NCBI GenBank assembly: GCA_048938105.1
Contig: JBHLMN010000011.1
Span: 128,001-192,000 of the forward strand
Length of the DNA: 64,000 bases
Direction of reading: 5' to 3'
Origin: Promethearchaeota archaeon
Lineage (GTDB): Archaea; Asgardarchaeota; Heimdallarchaeia; Hodarchaeales; Hodarchaeaceae
Shown: piece by piece, positions 19,027 to 29,386 of the stretch
How the letters are laid out: each line of letters begins with the position of its first letter
Numbering within the stretch: position 1 is the stretch's first letter
Program-made: the position numbers and the translations under genes
The notes under the pieces: model-generated
The model's database searches: none
What the model was told of the DNA's origin: nothing
The model's input: only the letters and a program-made list of their open reading frames with translations

Positions 19027-22000
19027 TTATATCCTCTTTTTTCTTTTTAGAATCTTCATAGAGCTTAATATAGTAATTACAAATAGAACTAGGATATATT
19101 CGAAACCTGAAGCACTTACCTTTATTGGTTCCGATACAGATTCTTCACCCACAATTATCACGAGAACTTCATCGCTTGCAACGTTTCCAGACGTATCCAT
19201 GACTTCTAATTCTATATTATGGGCACCGATTGCCCAACCTACTATGTACAGCGTGATTTCGTCTTCAGTCCAACTTTCTTCACGAATGACTGTACCATTC
19301 CGTTTAATAGTGAGACTTGCAGGATGAAGGTCAAATACATCCCAAGTAATGTATGCACCTTCGTCTCCACTAACGAATCTACAATCAGCAACTCGAGTAA
19401 TGGTTGGAGCAGTTGTATCAACAACTAATACGTAACTTGTACAACTATAAGAGAGCCCCTGTTGATCCTGTACAATGAGAATATACGTATGATTCCCCAT
19501 TATAAGCCCATCTACAGAAACAATTAAGGTGGTTGTTTCAAGCGGCCCTGAATCTTCTAATTCTCCATCGAGGTACAATGAATAGCTATGAGGGTTCGCT
19601 TCAAGAATTTCATAGACAAGCGAATTTCCAGTAGTTCCTTCAGAAAAAATAAGGTGGGGTGGAGCCTGTATATAGGGAGCAGCATAATCAGTCACCGTTA
19701 CTATGATTGTATCTCTACCTATATTCCCAGATTCGTCATAAGCTAACAGAGTATAATTATATTCTTCTGGAGAATAATCAGTTATTCTCATGAAGACCAC
19801 TGGTAGTTTATCCTTTAAGCTACCTTCGTCAACTTTTTCATCATTACAATAAACTTCAAAGCGATCCAGATGATGTTCAATTATTAACCATTCAAACCAA
19901 TCTGGAGCTGAAAATGGATCAAATTGATATGATTTTAAGGGCCAGACATAAGGTGCTATAACATCATTTACTGTGACTTCAACTGATGAGTAGTCTGTAT
20001 TACCACTAGTATCATTAACTTCGATTTTGAAAGTGAACTTTCCTGCTGTAAGGCTTGATTTGGGAATTGTAATATTATTGGAAGCTGATCCCCATCTATC
20101 TTCGATCACTAATTGACCATCACGATATATTCGATAATAACCTGGATTCAAATCCTCAACTTGCCAGAATGGCAAAACAGTGTCCGATAAATTATGTTCA
20201 AAGACTGTAAAATCACTAGGTTCACTAAGAAATGTAGGAGCATCAATATCACGGAATTGATATGTCCAAGGATATGTGTTACTATTATTGGCTAAATCAA
20301 AGATAGTCAACTCAATCTCATTATCCCCAATAAGTAAGGGAAGTTCATCAGAATAGAAAATCAATGGTTGATCAGATTGCCATGTTCCCTCAACTTCAAG
20401 AACTGAATTGATCCATAATTTATAATGGCTGGGGTATGAATCTGTTACAATAATAGAAAGATTTTCATTACGAGATTGATATCCTAAAGAACTTGGAAGT
20501 GGACTTGTAAATGTTGGAATTAGATTATCATTTGATGTAATTGTAACAAGAATCGTAGAAGAAGCAGAGTTATTATTAAAATCTTGTATAAATAATGTAA
20601 AATTATAAACACCAGTCGTCAATGATCCAGGTTCTATTGGACATTCTATATGCCATAGTGGTTCTTCCCCAGCCCTTTGATACACTTTGTAATCATCTGA
20701 TAGAAGAAGAGGATTCCCATTTAAGAAAATTGTAGCATTCCATAAAAATTCTTCTGTACAATCCCAATGAAGATGTTGGGTGAATTTAAAGTTCTCTGGA
20801 AACTCTAGATCCAAGCTAGGCCCGATAATAGGTGATATATAATCAGTGGCGGTTATATTTACCCACAATTCAGTTGAAGCAATATTATCATTGGTATCAT
20901 TAAACACTAATGTTATATTATGTAATCCTTCCATTAATTGATTTGAACCTGTTACAGGAACTTGAATTAAGTCGTCACTTGTCCAATTATAACTCGTGAA
21001 TGGAGAATTGTCAATAAAGATCTCTAGTTTATGAGGCCACTCATCATGAGCTATAACAGCTAATCCATGTGTTAAAGAGGAAGTTGGGTAGGTAACTAGT
21101 TTAGAAGGATCACGTGGGAAGAGATGGGTGATACCAGGTGGTACATAATCTGGGGCATATACTGCAATAGATACATCACTCCCATGGAATATAGCAGTTT
21201 CTCCACTTCTTGTTGAGATTAAAAGAATACGAAAGTCATATGTTCCTTCTGGAACATCATCAGGGTTGGATATTCTTAATGTAACAATAACCTTATCTAT
21301 GTCCATTGGCGCGATAGTCGTTGTGTTTTTGGGAATTATGAGATAATCATTCCAACCATCTGAAGCTATTATAAATGAATCAGGTACATTACCAAGATTT
21401 TTTACTTCTAGAGTGAAGTTTATTTCCCAATCTGCAAACATCACGGTATTATTCGGCCAAATAGCCGATTCAGCGTTATATGCTTCTGAGAAGTTAAGGT
21501 AAACTGTCTTTGTACGAGAAATTGTTGGAGATCGTACATTAGAAGCCTTGATTTCAAGTTCATAGAGGCCTGGAGATGGATAGATATCCTCTAAACTAAA
21601 TGAAAAACCAATTTCTCCATTATAATAATAACCCGATCCACTACCATAAGGATCCACAGAATGAACGTCTTTCCATGTGTAATTAGAGTCTCCAAGATTT
21701 AAAATAGCATTAGTTTTAATAGTATCATTCATATTACCGTTGTTTCTACCATAATACCCTATTAAAACATCTTCACCAGCTTGCACTTGAATGATTTCTG
21801 AAGTTCCTTGTTCAAGGTCAAAACTAAAGTCGACAAGCTTAGGAACAGTTAAGGAAGCAGTTTTTGTGACAGTTGCATCAGTTAATTGAAAATGCTCCTT
21901 AGCTAAACTAGTAGCGGAGATAGTAAAATCAACATCACCAGGGGGTACAGAAATCTGCTCTGGAGGGGAAACAACAAGATGGGCTGATGTCGGATAAGAA

Positions 22001-23667
22001 CCAATGTTATAGTAGGGGTCAGTCCGACCAACAAAGTCATAAGTGTAACCTGGAGGTAATTCAGAAACATCTAATTTAATTATATCTGATTTACCATAAT
22101 CATTCCACATGGAAATATCATACATCTGATCATAAGGACGTATATTTGAAAGAACATCGAAACTTGAACGACTGGTCTCGCTAACCTGCATAGAAAAATC
22201 ATAGACATCTGATGACTCATAAGATACACCTGGAATCGAAAAAGAATCGTTGGAGCCTATTTGAATTGGAGCGTCTGGGTTATAATAAGTAAATCCTGGA
22301 AGATCAAATTCCCAGGAGGGTAACCATTCGCTAAATGGTATTCTTATGTAGGGCTTTGATCCAGTAACAGGATTAGGTATTTTAAGATCGTCGAAATGAA
22401 ACCATAAATTAGGAACAGACCGTATTCGGTGGACATTTAAGACGAAATCATCAATATCAAGTGATAGAAGTTGATTTGTAGAAGTGTTTACCCTGAAATC
22501 GATACTTCGGGTTTCATTTGCTTCAGTCCAAATGATAGGTTTTTCTGGACCACCGTCGACTGTCAAACTAGCCGTGATAATTGATTTATCTAACGTTATA
22601 TAGCCGAAACCAATCCCAAATGAACAAATTTCATCAAGAATGAGCGTGTAAATTCCCCCTTTGTCTCGGATAAGATATGAGATATCGATACTCCCGGGAA
22701 TATCAATTCTAGCTTCTCCTTCTCCAATTGGAGTAGTATAGTCATTAAATTCATGATAGTCATAAAAAATAGCGTTTACAGAGGCTAACACGAACCATTC
22801 CCATTTTGGAGGTTGAGGAATTGATTCCTCAACCCAAACATACCCAGTAACCCATTTCCACCAATCTTTTATCTTGAACGACTTCTTGACCAGTTGTGTA
22901 AGAGGTGGTTGTGGGAATAAAAATGTGGCTAAAAACCAGAGATTTAGATTTTCAATGTCAACTTTTACTTCAAATTCATGGAAGGTGGGATCGTCATAAG
23001 GGATGAGGGTGCAGTTTAGTGTATGAGTTGTGCCTTGAATGACTTCTTTCGGATATTGCACCTTTAATATCACCGGAAAACAGAAGTTAAATTTTACGAG
23101 AAACTTACCTGTTACCATAAATTTTAATTTTGGGTGTTCTGTACGAATATGCTTCGTTATAGATTTATCTAGATCTATTTTCCATCTATACCCAATTATT
23201 ATCTCCTCTTCTGCTGACAACATCTCAGGTTCAAACCCATCTTCAAGTTTAGAACGAATTGGAATGGTGATGTCTTGAAAACCAGAAGAGTTAGACCCCA
23301 TAATTGTTATTTCAGGTTTTCCCATTGTAGAGTGGTCTATTGAGTAACCATTGGTGTCTTCTTCATCATTAAAATCTAAGGTGTAATCATCAAGAAGTAT
23401 ATTTTCGACCATTTCTTGATAATTTAATCCTTCCATGGAATTTGAAAGAAACGAAACGTCTTGAGGATCCCAAGTTTCCATTATAAGATCGGTAATCTCG
23501 TTTTCCGTTTGAGTTTCATCTGTAAAGTCATCCAAAATGGATTCTATCTCTTTTGCTGTAATTATAGGATTTGTCTGTTTTTTCGCCCCTACTCCTCCTA
23601 ATTGAATGAGTAATAGGACTAGTAAGAAAATACCCCATGGTATTTTATTTAACTTGAATTTAATCAC
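19027..23667 (-). CDS. Giant cell-surface protein with many Ig-like (DxxAP) repeats and C-terminal CTERM anchor
   Basis: Signal peptide; NxGNxxD (CARDB/NEW3-like) modules; about 7 repeats of DxxxP...W...D..P..Y.I..NG...G.W...G.Y.F....D..GN; ends ASGF-TM-KRKKRI. Confidence 0.85.
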   Translation of the reverse strand: MIKFKLNKIPWGIFLLVLLLIQLGGVGAKKQTNPIITAKEIESILDDFTDETQTENEITDLIMETWDPQDVSFLSNSMEGLNYQEMVENILLDDYTLDFNDEEDTNGYSIDHSTMGKPEITIMGSNSSGFQDITIPIRSKLEDGFEPEMLSAEEEIIIGYRWKIDLDKSITKHIRTEHPKLKFMVTGKFLVKFNFCFPVILKVQYPKEVIQGTTHTLNCTLIPYDDPTFHEFEVKVDIENLNLWFLATFLFPQPPLTQLVKKSFKIKDWWKWVTGYVWVEESIPQPPKWEWFVLASVNAIFYDYHEFNDYTTPIGEGEARIDIPGSIDISYLIRDKGGIYTLILDEICSFGIGFGYITLDKSIITASLTVDGGPEKPIIWTEANETRSIDFRVNTSTNQLLSLDIDDFVLNVHRIRSVPNLWFHFDDLKIPNPVTGSKPYIRIPFSEWLPSWEFDLPGFTYYNPDAPIQIGSNDSFSIPGVSYESSDVYDFSMQVSETSRSSFDVLSNIRPYDQMYDISMWNDYGKSDIIKLDVSELPPGYTYDFVGRTDPYYNIGSYPTSAHLVVSPPEQISVPPGDVDFTISATSLAKEHFQLTDATVTKTASLTVPKLVDFSFDLEQGTSEIIQVQAGEDVLIGYYGRNNGNMNDTIKTNAILNLGDSNYTWKDVHSVDPYGSGSGYYYNGEIGFSFSLEDIYPSPGLYELEIKASNVRSPTISRTKTVYLNFSEAYNAESAIWPNNTVMFADWEINFTLEVKNLGNVPDSFIIASDGWNDYLIIPKNTTTIAPMDIDKVIVTLRISNPDDVPEGTYDFRILLISTRSGETAIFHGSDVSIAVYAPDYVPPGITHLFPRDPSKLVTYPTSSLTHGLAVIAHDEWPHKLEIFIDNSPFTSYNWTSDDLIQVPVTGSNQLMEGLHNITLVFNDTNDNIASTELWVNITATDYISPIIGPSLDLEFPENFKFTQHLHWDCTEEFLWNATIFLNGNPLLLSDDYKVYQRAGEEPLWHIECPIEPGSLTTGVYNFTLFIQDFNNNSASSTILVTITSNDNLIPTFTSPLPSSLGYQSRNENLSIIVTDSYPSHYKLWINSVLEVEGTWQSDQPLIFYSDELPLLIGDNEIELTIFDLANNSNTYPWTYQFRDIDAPTFLSEPSDFTVFEHNLSDTVLPFWQVEDLNPGYYRIYRDGQLVIEDRWGSASNNITIPKSSLTAGKFTFKIEVNDTSGNTDYSSVEVTVNDVIAPYVWPLKSYQFDPFSAPDWFEWLIIEHHLDRFEVYCNDEKVDEGSLKDKLPVVFMRITDYSPEEYNYTLLAYDESGNIGRDTIIVTVTDYAAPYIQAPPHLIFSEGTTGNSLVYEILEANPHSYSLYLDGELEDSGPLETTTLIVSVDGLIMGNHTYILIVQDQQGLSYSCTSYVLVVDTTAPTITRVADCRFVSGDEGAYITWDVFDLHPASLTIKRNGTVIREESWTEDEITLYIVGWAIGAHNIELEVMDTSGNVASDEVLVIIVGEESVSEPIKVSASGFEYILVLFVITILSSMKILKRKKRI

Positions 23668-26600
23668 TTATAAAACCTCCTTTTTTCTCTAGCTCTACGT
23701 CTTGTTGCTACAATCAATAATAAAAGAGGAATAATAAAAAGGAATTCAAATCCTGGAGCAGATTGAGCTTTAGTTATGGTAGCAGTAACATCATCGAATG
23801 CGAAGTTCCCCGATACGTCGTAAACAACGCACCGAAAATGATATGTCCCCTCGCTATATTCAGATAGGTCTAGCGTAATATCTTCGCCAGACCAGCTACC
23901 ACTTTTTATGACTCCGCCATCTGGGAGTAAGAGAATTTCAAATCGTGAAGGATTATCATCAGAAACAACCCAGGTAATATTTATTTCGTGACCTACAGGA
24001 AAATCGTAATCAGGAAGTAACAAAATCGTCGGTGGCGAGTTATCTCCTGTAACCGTCACATGAACGGTTTGGGAAGTAGATTGGTCGTAAATATCCCAAG
24101 CTTTGATTACTATCACATAAGAACCAATATCCAAACCATCTAATGAATAAATAACTTGTCTATTTGGAATAACCCATATAACTTCCATGATAATTACCCC
24201 ATCTTGAGATATTGAGAAAGCTTTAGGATGTTCATCAAAAATATAGAATATTAGGGAGTTACCAATTGTGCCATGAGAAAATTCAACATCTGGTTGTTGA
24301 GAAATCAGAGGTGCTTCAATGTCAATCTCACTCCCTTTTACCACTCTTACAAGAACTTTACTTGAGGCATTGTTTCCTGCTTGATCCCAAACCGTTAAAG
24401 TAAATTCCCAAGTTCCTAGGGGGAGAGAAGTAAAATAATATTGAACAAGACCACTCTTAGTATAATCTTGAACAAGAACTAATGTACCATTTCGATGGAT
24501 CATGAAAAATTGAGGATTTTCATCATATACTTCCCAAATGATGATGCCATAGATATTTTCGGCAATCCTTAAGTCTGCAGGATGGCTTATTGTTGGTGAG
24601 GTAATATCAGGCAATAGAGGGAAAACTGTCACAGTTGTACTAGCAGAGAAATTATTCAGTTCAAGATCCCACAATGTGAGAGTAACTACCCAGATGCCAA
24701 TATCTAAGCCATCTACTGATGTTGTAATATTTTCCCCACGCCAAGGGCTATAAAGAAGTTCAGTACCATTGATGACTGTTCTAAATGCATAGGGATGATC
24801 ATCAGAGCAGTACCATGTTAAATTGTGGCCCGTTGACCCTTCTTCATATTCAATAGGATTGGGAGGAATAATTGTTGGTTGAGTACTATCTGGAACCTTA
24901 TGAAACACTGTAATAAATACAATACTAGAGTTATAATTTCCAGCTTCATCATATATGGTGCAGTTATATTTATATGTGCCTGCAGTCAAATTATCGAGTG
25001 ATATTTCAATATCATTACCAATCCAAGCTTGATCATAAATTTTGGTCTCATTCTCCCAGACTGTTGACCACCAAGGAGACCGATCGTCGGATCCAGACCA
25101 GACAATTGAATAACCGATATTACCCTCTTCAAAGCTAATATTATCAGGAGAAGAAATCCAGGGTGGAGTCTCATCAGGAGTAAGAGGAAGTACAGTGACC
25201 CATACTTCGTCGGATGTTCTCCTTCCGAAAATATTCTGAACAACACAAGTAAAGTTGTGTTTACCTTCTTGTAATCCATCTAGAGGCACAATAATTGAAT
25301 CATCATAGTCGATGTCTTGTTGATAAATTGAATTATTTCGATAAACTGTATAGTTTGAAGGATAATCATCAACTATTGTCCAAAGAATAGTCCTACCGGT
25401 CGAACCAAAGAATATAGGAAAATCACTTGGGCCTGTGATAATAGGGTAAACATTAAGAATTGTAAAAGAGTTATCAGATGTATCCAAACTATTTAATGTC
25501 CCATCACTTGCATTAACAAGGATCTGATAAGTATCTCCATTTGGTACTGTCCGTGTATCCCAATCATAACTCGTTTCGGTCAACCCCTTCACAAATTCGA
25601 CCCAATCAGATCCATCCCAGTAAGAAAGATTATAGGTCAAAGGATCTCCATCAGCGTCACTAGCAGTCCAGGTTACGGTCTCAATTCCCATCAACATTTC
25701 ACCACCATTGGGATAGAGGACTGTTACAACAGGAGGATCAGGATTATTAATTGTAAAGGAGGCATCGGAGGTATCACTACCAATCAATGCTCCATCACTT
25801 GCATTAACTAGGATCTGATAGAAATTCCCATCTAGAACCATCAATGTGTCCCAGTCATAACTTGTGCTGGTCAATCCCGTTATTAATTCAATCCAATTTG
25901 ATCCATCCCAGTAGGAGATATTAAAATGCAAGGAATCCCCATCAGCATCGCTTGCGGTCCAAGTAATAGTCTCAAATCCCATCAAAGTTTCACCACCATT
26001 GGGGTAGATGACTGTAACGATAGGAGCATGGGGATTATCAATGGTAAACACTGCATCAGACTCGTCTTGCTCACTCAGTCTCCCATCATTCACTATGACA
26101 CGAATTTTATAGTTAGCACCATCTGGCACCGTCATAGTATCCCAGTCATAACTTGTGCTGGTCAATCCCATTATTAATTCGATCCAATTTGATCCATTCC
26201 AGTAAAAGAGATCAGATGTTAAGGAATCCCCATCGGGGTCACTCGCGGTCCAGGAAATGGTAATGGTTCCACTTAGCATTTCGCCACCATTGGGATAGGT
26301 GAGACTTACTGTTGGGAGTTGTTCTGCTGTCAACCACTCAATAATGTTCGACGCTAGAATCTCATTATCACTATCATATAAATTGATGGTTCCATCACCA
26401 TCTGTGTCACTATTACTCCACAAATAACCTGCTCCAGGATATACAACTAGTCTTCCTGTACCTGCGATCCCTGAATCAAAAGCACTTATCACGGAAACTC
26501 CTGATGCTGTAGAATCATTCCCCCAAAATTTAGCAGTCCCATCAGTATCACACTTTATGAGGGGGATTTCCTCTGAGGGAGTAGATTCAAAGAAGCTGGG

Positions 26601-27182
26601 GGCATACATTTCTACCCGAGACACCCCCTGCGTTATCGCATGAGAAAGGATGTTCGTATCATTAAAGATCACATAATTTTGGTTCCCACCAGCATAATCA
26701 TTAGTATCATAAATCCAGTCATCCCATCCTAACGGAAGAGTTCCATATCCGAATAGATCCCATAATAAGTCATTGGTAAAAGCACCATACTCAGCAGGTC
26801 CGCTTATTATTAGCAAACTACCTCCAGACTGAAGCCACGCTTTAATTGCACTGTGTTCGGCGGAAGTATAATTAAAGATTTGTGTTGGAGCTGTAATAAC
26901 CAGGACATCAGCTTCGTTCAATACTGAAGCGTTAATGACATCACCCGAACCAAGTGTATCAACAATGTACCCATCGTTTTGCAGCATGGCAGCAAACTGA
27001 GAGTAGCTAGAGGAAATAGGCAAGTATGGATTATGAGCTTCATCGAAGAGAATCAACCCCTTGGCTCCTGGCGGGAGTACTGTACTGTTAGCTTGAGAGA
27101 ACGTAAGTGAAGTAATTAAAAAAATTATAAAAACTAAATATTGCTTAATAATTGGTATTTTACTCATTCTTTCATACCTCAA
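23664..27182 (-). CDS. Large cell-surface protein: DUF4350/GldG-like N-domain, 3 PNGGE repeats, Ig-like repeats, PGF-CTERM
   Basis: Signal peptide; LILFDEAHN...DVLVI...GGSLLI; three YPNGGE..WTASD.DGD..WDT repeats; ends APGF-TM-RRRAREKRR. Confidence 0.85.
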   Translation of the reverse strand: MRYERMSKIPIIKQYLVFIIFLITSLTFSQANSTVLPPGAKGLILFDEAHNPYLPISSSYSQFAAMLQNDGYIVDTLGSGDVINASVLNEADVLVITAPTQIFNYTSAEHSAIKAWLQSGGSLLIISGPAEYGAFTNDLLWDLFGYGTLPLGWDDWIYDTNDYAGGNQNYVIFNDTNILSHAITQGVSRVEMYAPSFFESTPSEEIPLIKCDTDGTAKFWGNDSTASGVSVISAFDSGIAGTGRLVVYPGAGYLWSNSDTDGDGTINLYDSDNEILASNIIEWLTAEQLPTVSLTYPNGGEMLSGTITISWTASDPDGDSLTSDLFYWNGSNWIELIMGLTSTSYDWDTMTVPDGANYKIRVIVNDGRLSEQDESDAVFTIDNPHAPIVTVIYPNGGETLMGFETITWTASDADGDSLHFNISYWDGSNWIELITGLTSTSYDWDTLMVLDGNFYQILVNASDGALIGSDTSDASFTINNPDPPVVTVLYPNGGEMLMGIETVTWTASDADGDPLTYNLSYWDGSDWVEFVKGLTETSYDWDTRTVPNGDTYQILVNASDGTLNSLDTSDNSFTILNVYPIITGPSDFPIFFGSTGRTILWTIVDDYPSNYTVYRNNSIYQQDIDYDDSIIVPLDGLQEGKHNFTCVVQNIFGRRTSDEVWVTVLPLTPDETPPWISSPDNISFEEGNIGYSIVWSGSDDRSPWWSTVWENETKIYDQAWIGNDIEISLDNLTAGTYKYNCTIYDEAGNYNSSIVFITVFHKVPDSTQPTIIPPNPIEYEEGSTGHNLTWYCSDDHPYAFRTVINGTELLYSPWRGENITTSVDGLDIGIWVVTLTLWDLELNNFSASTTVTVFPLLPDITSPTISHPADLRIAENIYGIIIWEVYDENPQFFMIHRNGTLVLVQDYTKSGLVQYYFTSLPLGTWEFTLTVWDQAGNNASSKVLVRVVKGSEIDIEAPLISQQPDVEFSHGTIGNSLIFYIFDEHPKAFSISQDGVIIMEVIWVIPNRQVIYSLDGLDIGSYVIVIKAWDIYDQSTSQTVHVTVTGDNSPPTILLLPDYDFPVGHEINITWVVSDDNPSRFEILLLPDGGVIKSGSWSGEDITLDLSEYSEGTYHFRCVVYDVSGNFAFDDVTATITKAQSAPGFEFLFIIPLLLLIVATRRRAREKRRFYK
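25445..26317 (-). repeat. Three tandem 291-bp (97-aa) intragenic repeats
   Basis: The ccattggg (PNG) motif recurs at 25705, 25996 and 26287, exactly 291 bp apart. Long near-identical DNA stretches are shared, e.g. cccagtcataacttgtgctggtcaatccc in two units. Boundaries are approximate. Confidence 0.9.
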
Positions 27183-27793
27183 GAGACGAATTCCAAAAAA
27201 TACTTATTTTTCCCGATTTTAAAAAACAATGAACTGAGAATATTTTGCTCCCAGATTAATCTTCTATAATACTTAAATTTTGATAGAAATCCTTTAATAT
27301 CTCTATTCAATACTAATACCAGCAAAAATTCTTTTCACTAAGTCAAAATCACGGAGAAAATCAAAAATTAACAAAATTGACACCGAACAAGTGATATAGT
27401 TCTTAATCCCCGTCATGTACCTCCTTATTTGGCATCGAAACAAAGAACCCTCAACCATATTATAGAGAGATAATTTATTTTATTACTTAATGAAACGCGT
27501 ACCTTTTGTACTTTGATTATTAAATATTTTTCCAAATGACTCAGGAAAAAGTCACTCGAATGATAGAGATAATGTGATGGTAAAGAAGGATATACATTAA
27601 ATACCCTATAGAATTACCATATTGGTACGATAATCATGGATATTAATGAAATAATTCGAAAATATAATATAACAAGTTAGTTTGAAAAAAGAGGGGGAAT
27701 TATTGAAGAATCTCTCATTTTGGGAGATTATAAGCGATTTTGATAACTATATTTTCAGATTATTAACTCCATTTAGAAAGGTTGATGTAAATA

Positions 27794-28186
27794 ATGATCA
27801 ATGTTGAATTATCAATTTTTCAAATCATAAGTATAGGAATCTTTGGATTCATTTTCGGGTTATTTGAAATGATGACAAATGGGTTGTATCTGTTAACAAA
27901 GAATTATGAGCTACCAAAAAAACAACACGGAAAAGAATTACCTGCGGACGCGAGTACCTCAGAAATAAAACATAAAGTCATACAAATGATGATTCTTGGA
28001 ATATTTCTTGTCATAATAGCTATCATCGCTACTGTAATATCTCCTCAGCTATTTGTGGTGGGAGCAACAGCAATATTGGTAAGTGGATTAATCGATTATG
28101 GGAAATATAGAAAAAAAGACATGTTCATTGTATGGATTGGTCTAGCGAGTATTTGTGGTCTTTTCTCACTGATTCATACCGTTTAA
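27794..28186 (+). CDS. Hypothetical membrane protein
   Basis: 130 aa, about 4 TM helices, KKQHGKELP loop. Confidence 0.7.
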   Translation: MINVELSIFQIISIGIFGFIFGLFEMMTNGLYLLTKNYELPKKQHGKELPADASTSEIKHKVIQMMILGIFLVIIAIIATVISPQLFVVGATAILVSGLIDYGKYRKKDMFIVWIGLASICGLFSLIHTV

Positions 28187-28253
28187 ACTTCAAAGATGGC
28201 TTGGATAATATAGTGGGATTCGAAATCATGAAAAGCATTAGATTGCCTGACAT

Positions 28254-28508
28254 TTATCGTAAGGTATAATAACAACGACGTAAGTCCATCATGTCAGGAA
28301 TTTGACCGATTAACCCCGCATCCTTCAAATCACGAAGAGCATAGCGAACAGTCCGTGTAGAATATTTAGTTTGTTCTGTAATATCTTTAAACCGCATTTG
28401 TTTACCCGCTAATATTATGTTATACACCTTTTTAGATGAAGGAGGCATGTTTACAAACAATTTATTATTCATCGCCAATACATTAGCCATCGTAACGAAA
28501 CCAACCAA
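28254..28508 (-). CDS. Small winged-helix (MarR-like) transcriptional regulator
   Basis: MPPSSKKVY...DI...T.YSTRTVRYALRDLKDAGLI...D.RRCYY, an archaeal wHTH pattern; the true start may be a downstream ATG. Confidence 0.8.
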   Translation of the reverse strand: MVGFVTMANVLAMNNKLFVNMPPSSKKVYNIILAGKQMRFKDITEQTKYSTRTVRYALRDLKDAGLIGQIPDMMDLRRCYYTLR

Positions 28509-28526
28509 TTCTTATGTGTTAGAAAA

Positions 28527-28570
28527 ATGATCTCAGATGCTGAGAATATGATCTCACTGGTATATATATA
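28527..28570. promoter_or_regulatory. Candidate operator plus TATA element between divergent wHTH genes
   Basis: TCTCAG-atg-CTGAGA inverted repeat (28531-28545), ATGATCTCA direct repeat (28527, 28548), TATATATATA at 28561-28570. Confidence 0.35.
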
Positions 28571-28659
28571 ATTAACGATACATGAAAAGATGGTCGCATA
28601 CATAGAAACTGTTATATCATTCTTTTTGTATTGATTATGAATGGAGAGCCCTAATTCTC

Positions 28660-29367
28660 ATGACGAAATCTGACACTAGTTCCCATCAAAACAAGTACCA
28701 AGATATTATTAATTACAAACCTGAAGTTCTAAAAATCATTAGTGATGAAGAAACCCTCAAACTCCTTTCAGACATCAATTACGAGAATGTGATGAGAATT
28801 TTAAGGAAAAAACCTATGACTGTTCAAGAGATCACAAAGGCTTTCAATATTATAGCTAAAACTTGTAGTAAGACTGAAAAGAAATCTGATAAATCAATTT
28901 ACCGTTATTTAAAGGTTCTTGAAGAGAAGAGGATGGTTGTTACCGCTGGTCAACGTGTGGTTATGGGTAAGACTGCTACTGAGAAGTTATACATGCCGAC
29001 TGCTCGTATCTTTCAACGAAAAGACATTGATTGGCAATCAGAAAGAGGTAAACAATGGGCAAACCGATTTGCTATTCTCATGCGTTATATGATCGAAGAT
29101 GATGGTCATGAACTATCTCTAAGTTGTATTCAGGAATTCTTTGAGAAGCTGACTAAAGGTAAAATAGAGGCTCTTGAAAGATTAGTTGAATCTGCTTCTG
29201 ACGAAACATTACAGCATATCAATGAAGGTGAATGGGAGGAGTTAGTTGAATTTGTTGATTGGGTATACATCTTTGGGTCATTGATGAGTCAACCTGAATT
29301 ATTGAATCAGTTAAATGACTGTTTTACAAAATCCACACAAGGAGATTCACACAACAGAACCATATGA
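28660..29367 (+). CDS. ArsR-like winged-helix domain protein (paralog 1)
   Basis: ILRKKPMTVQEI...KSDKSIYRYLKVLEEKRMV...G.RV..GKTATEKLY..TAR. Confidence 0.8.
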   Translation: MTKSDTSSHQNKYQDIINYKPEVLKIISDEETLKLLSDINYENVMRILRKKPMTVQEITKAFNIIAKTCSKTEKKSDKSIYRYLKVLEEKRMVVTAGQRVVMGKTATEKLYMPTARIFQRKDIDWQSERGKQWANRFAILMRYMIEDDGHELSLSCIQEFFEKLTKGKIEALERLVESASDETLQHINEGEWEELVEFVDWVYIFGSLMSQPELLNQLNDCFTKSTQGDSHNRTI

Positions 29368-29386
29368 AATACTAAAGTTGATTCTC

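Noticed and set aside
27183-27793. 610-bp intergenic region as ncRNA or hidden gene
   Set aside because: Only short, interrupted ORF fragments and weak inverted repeats; AT-rich with no stable structure evident.
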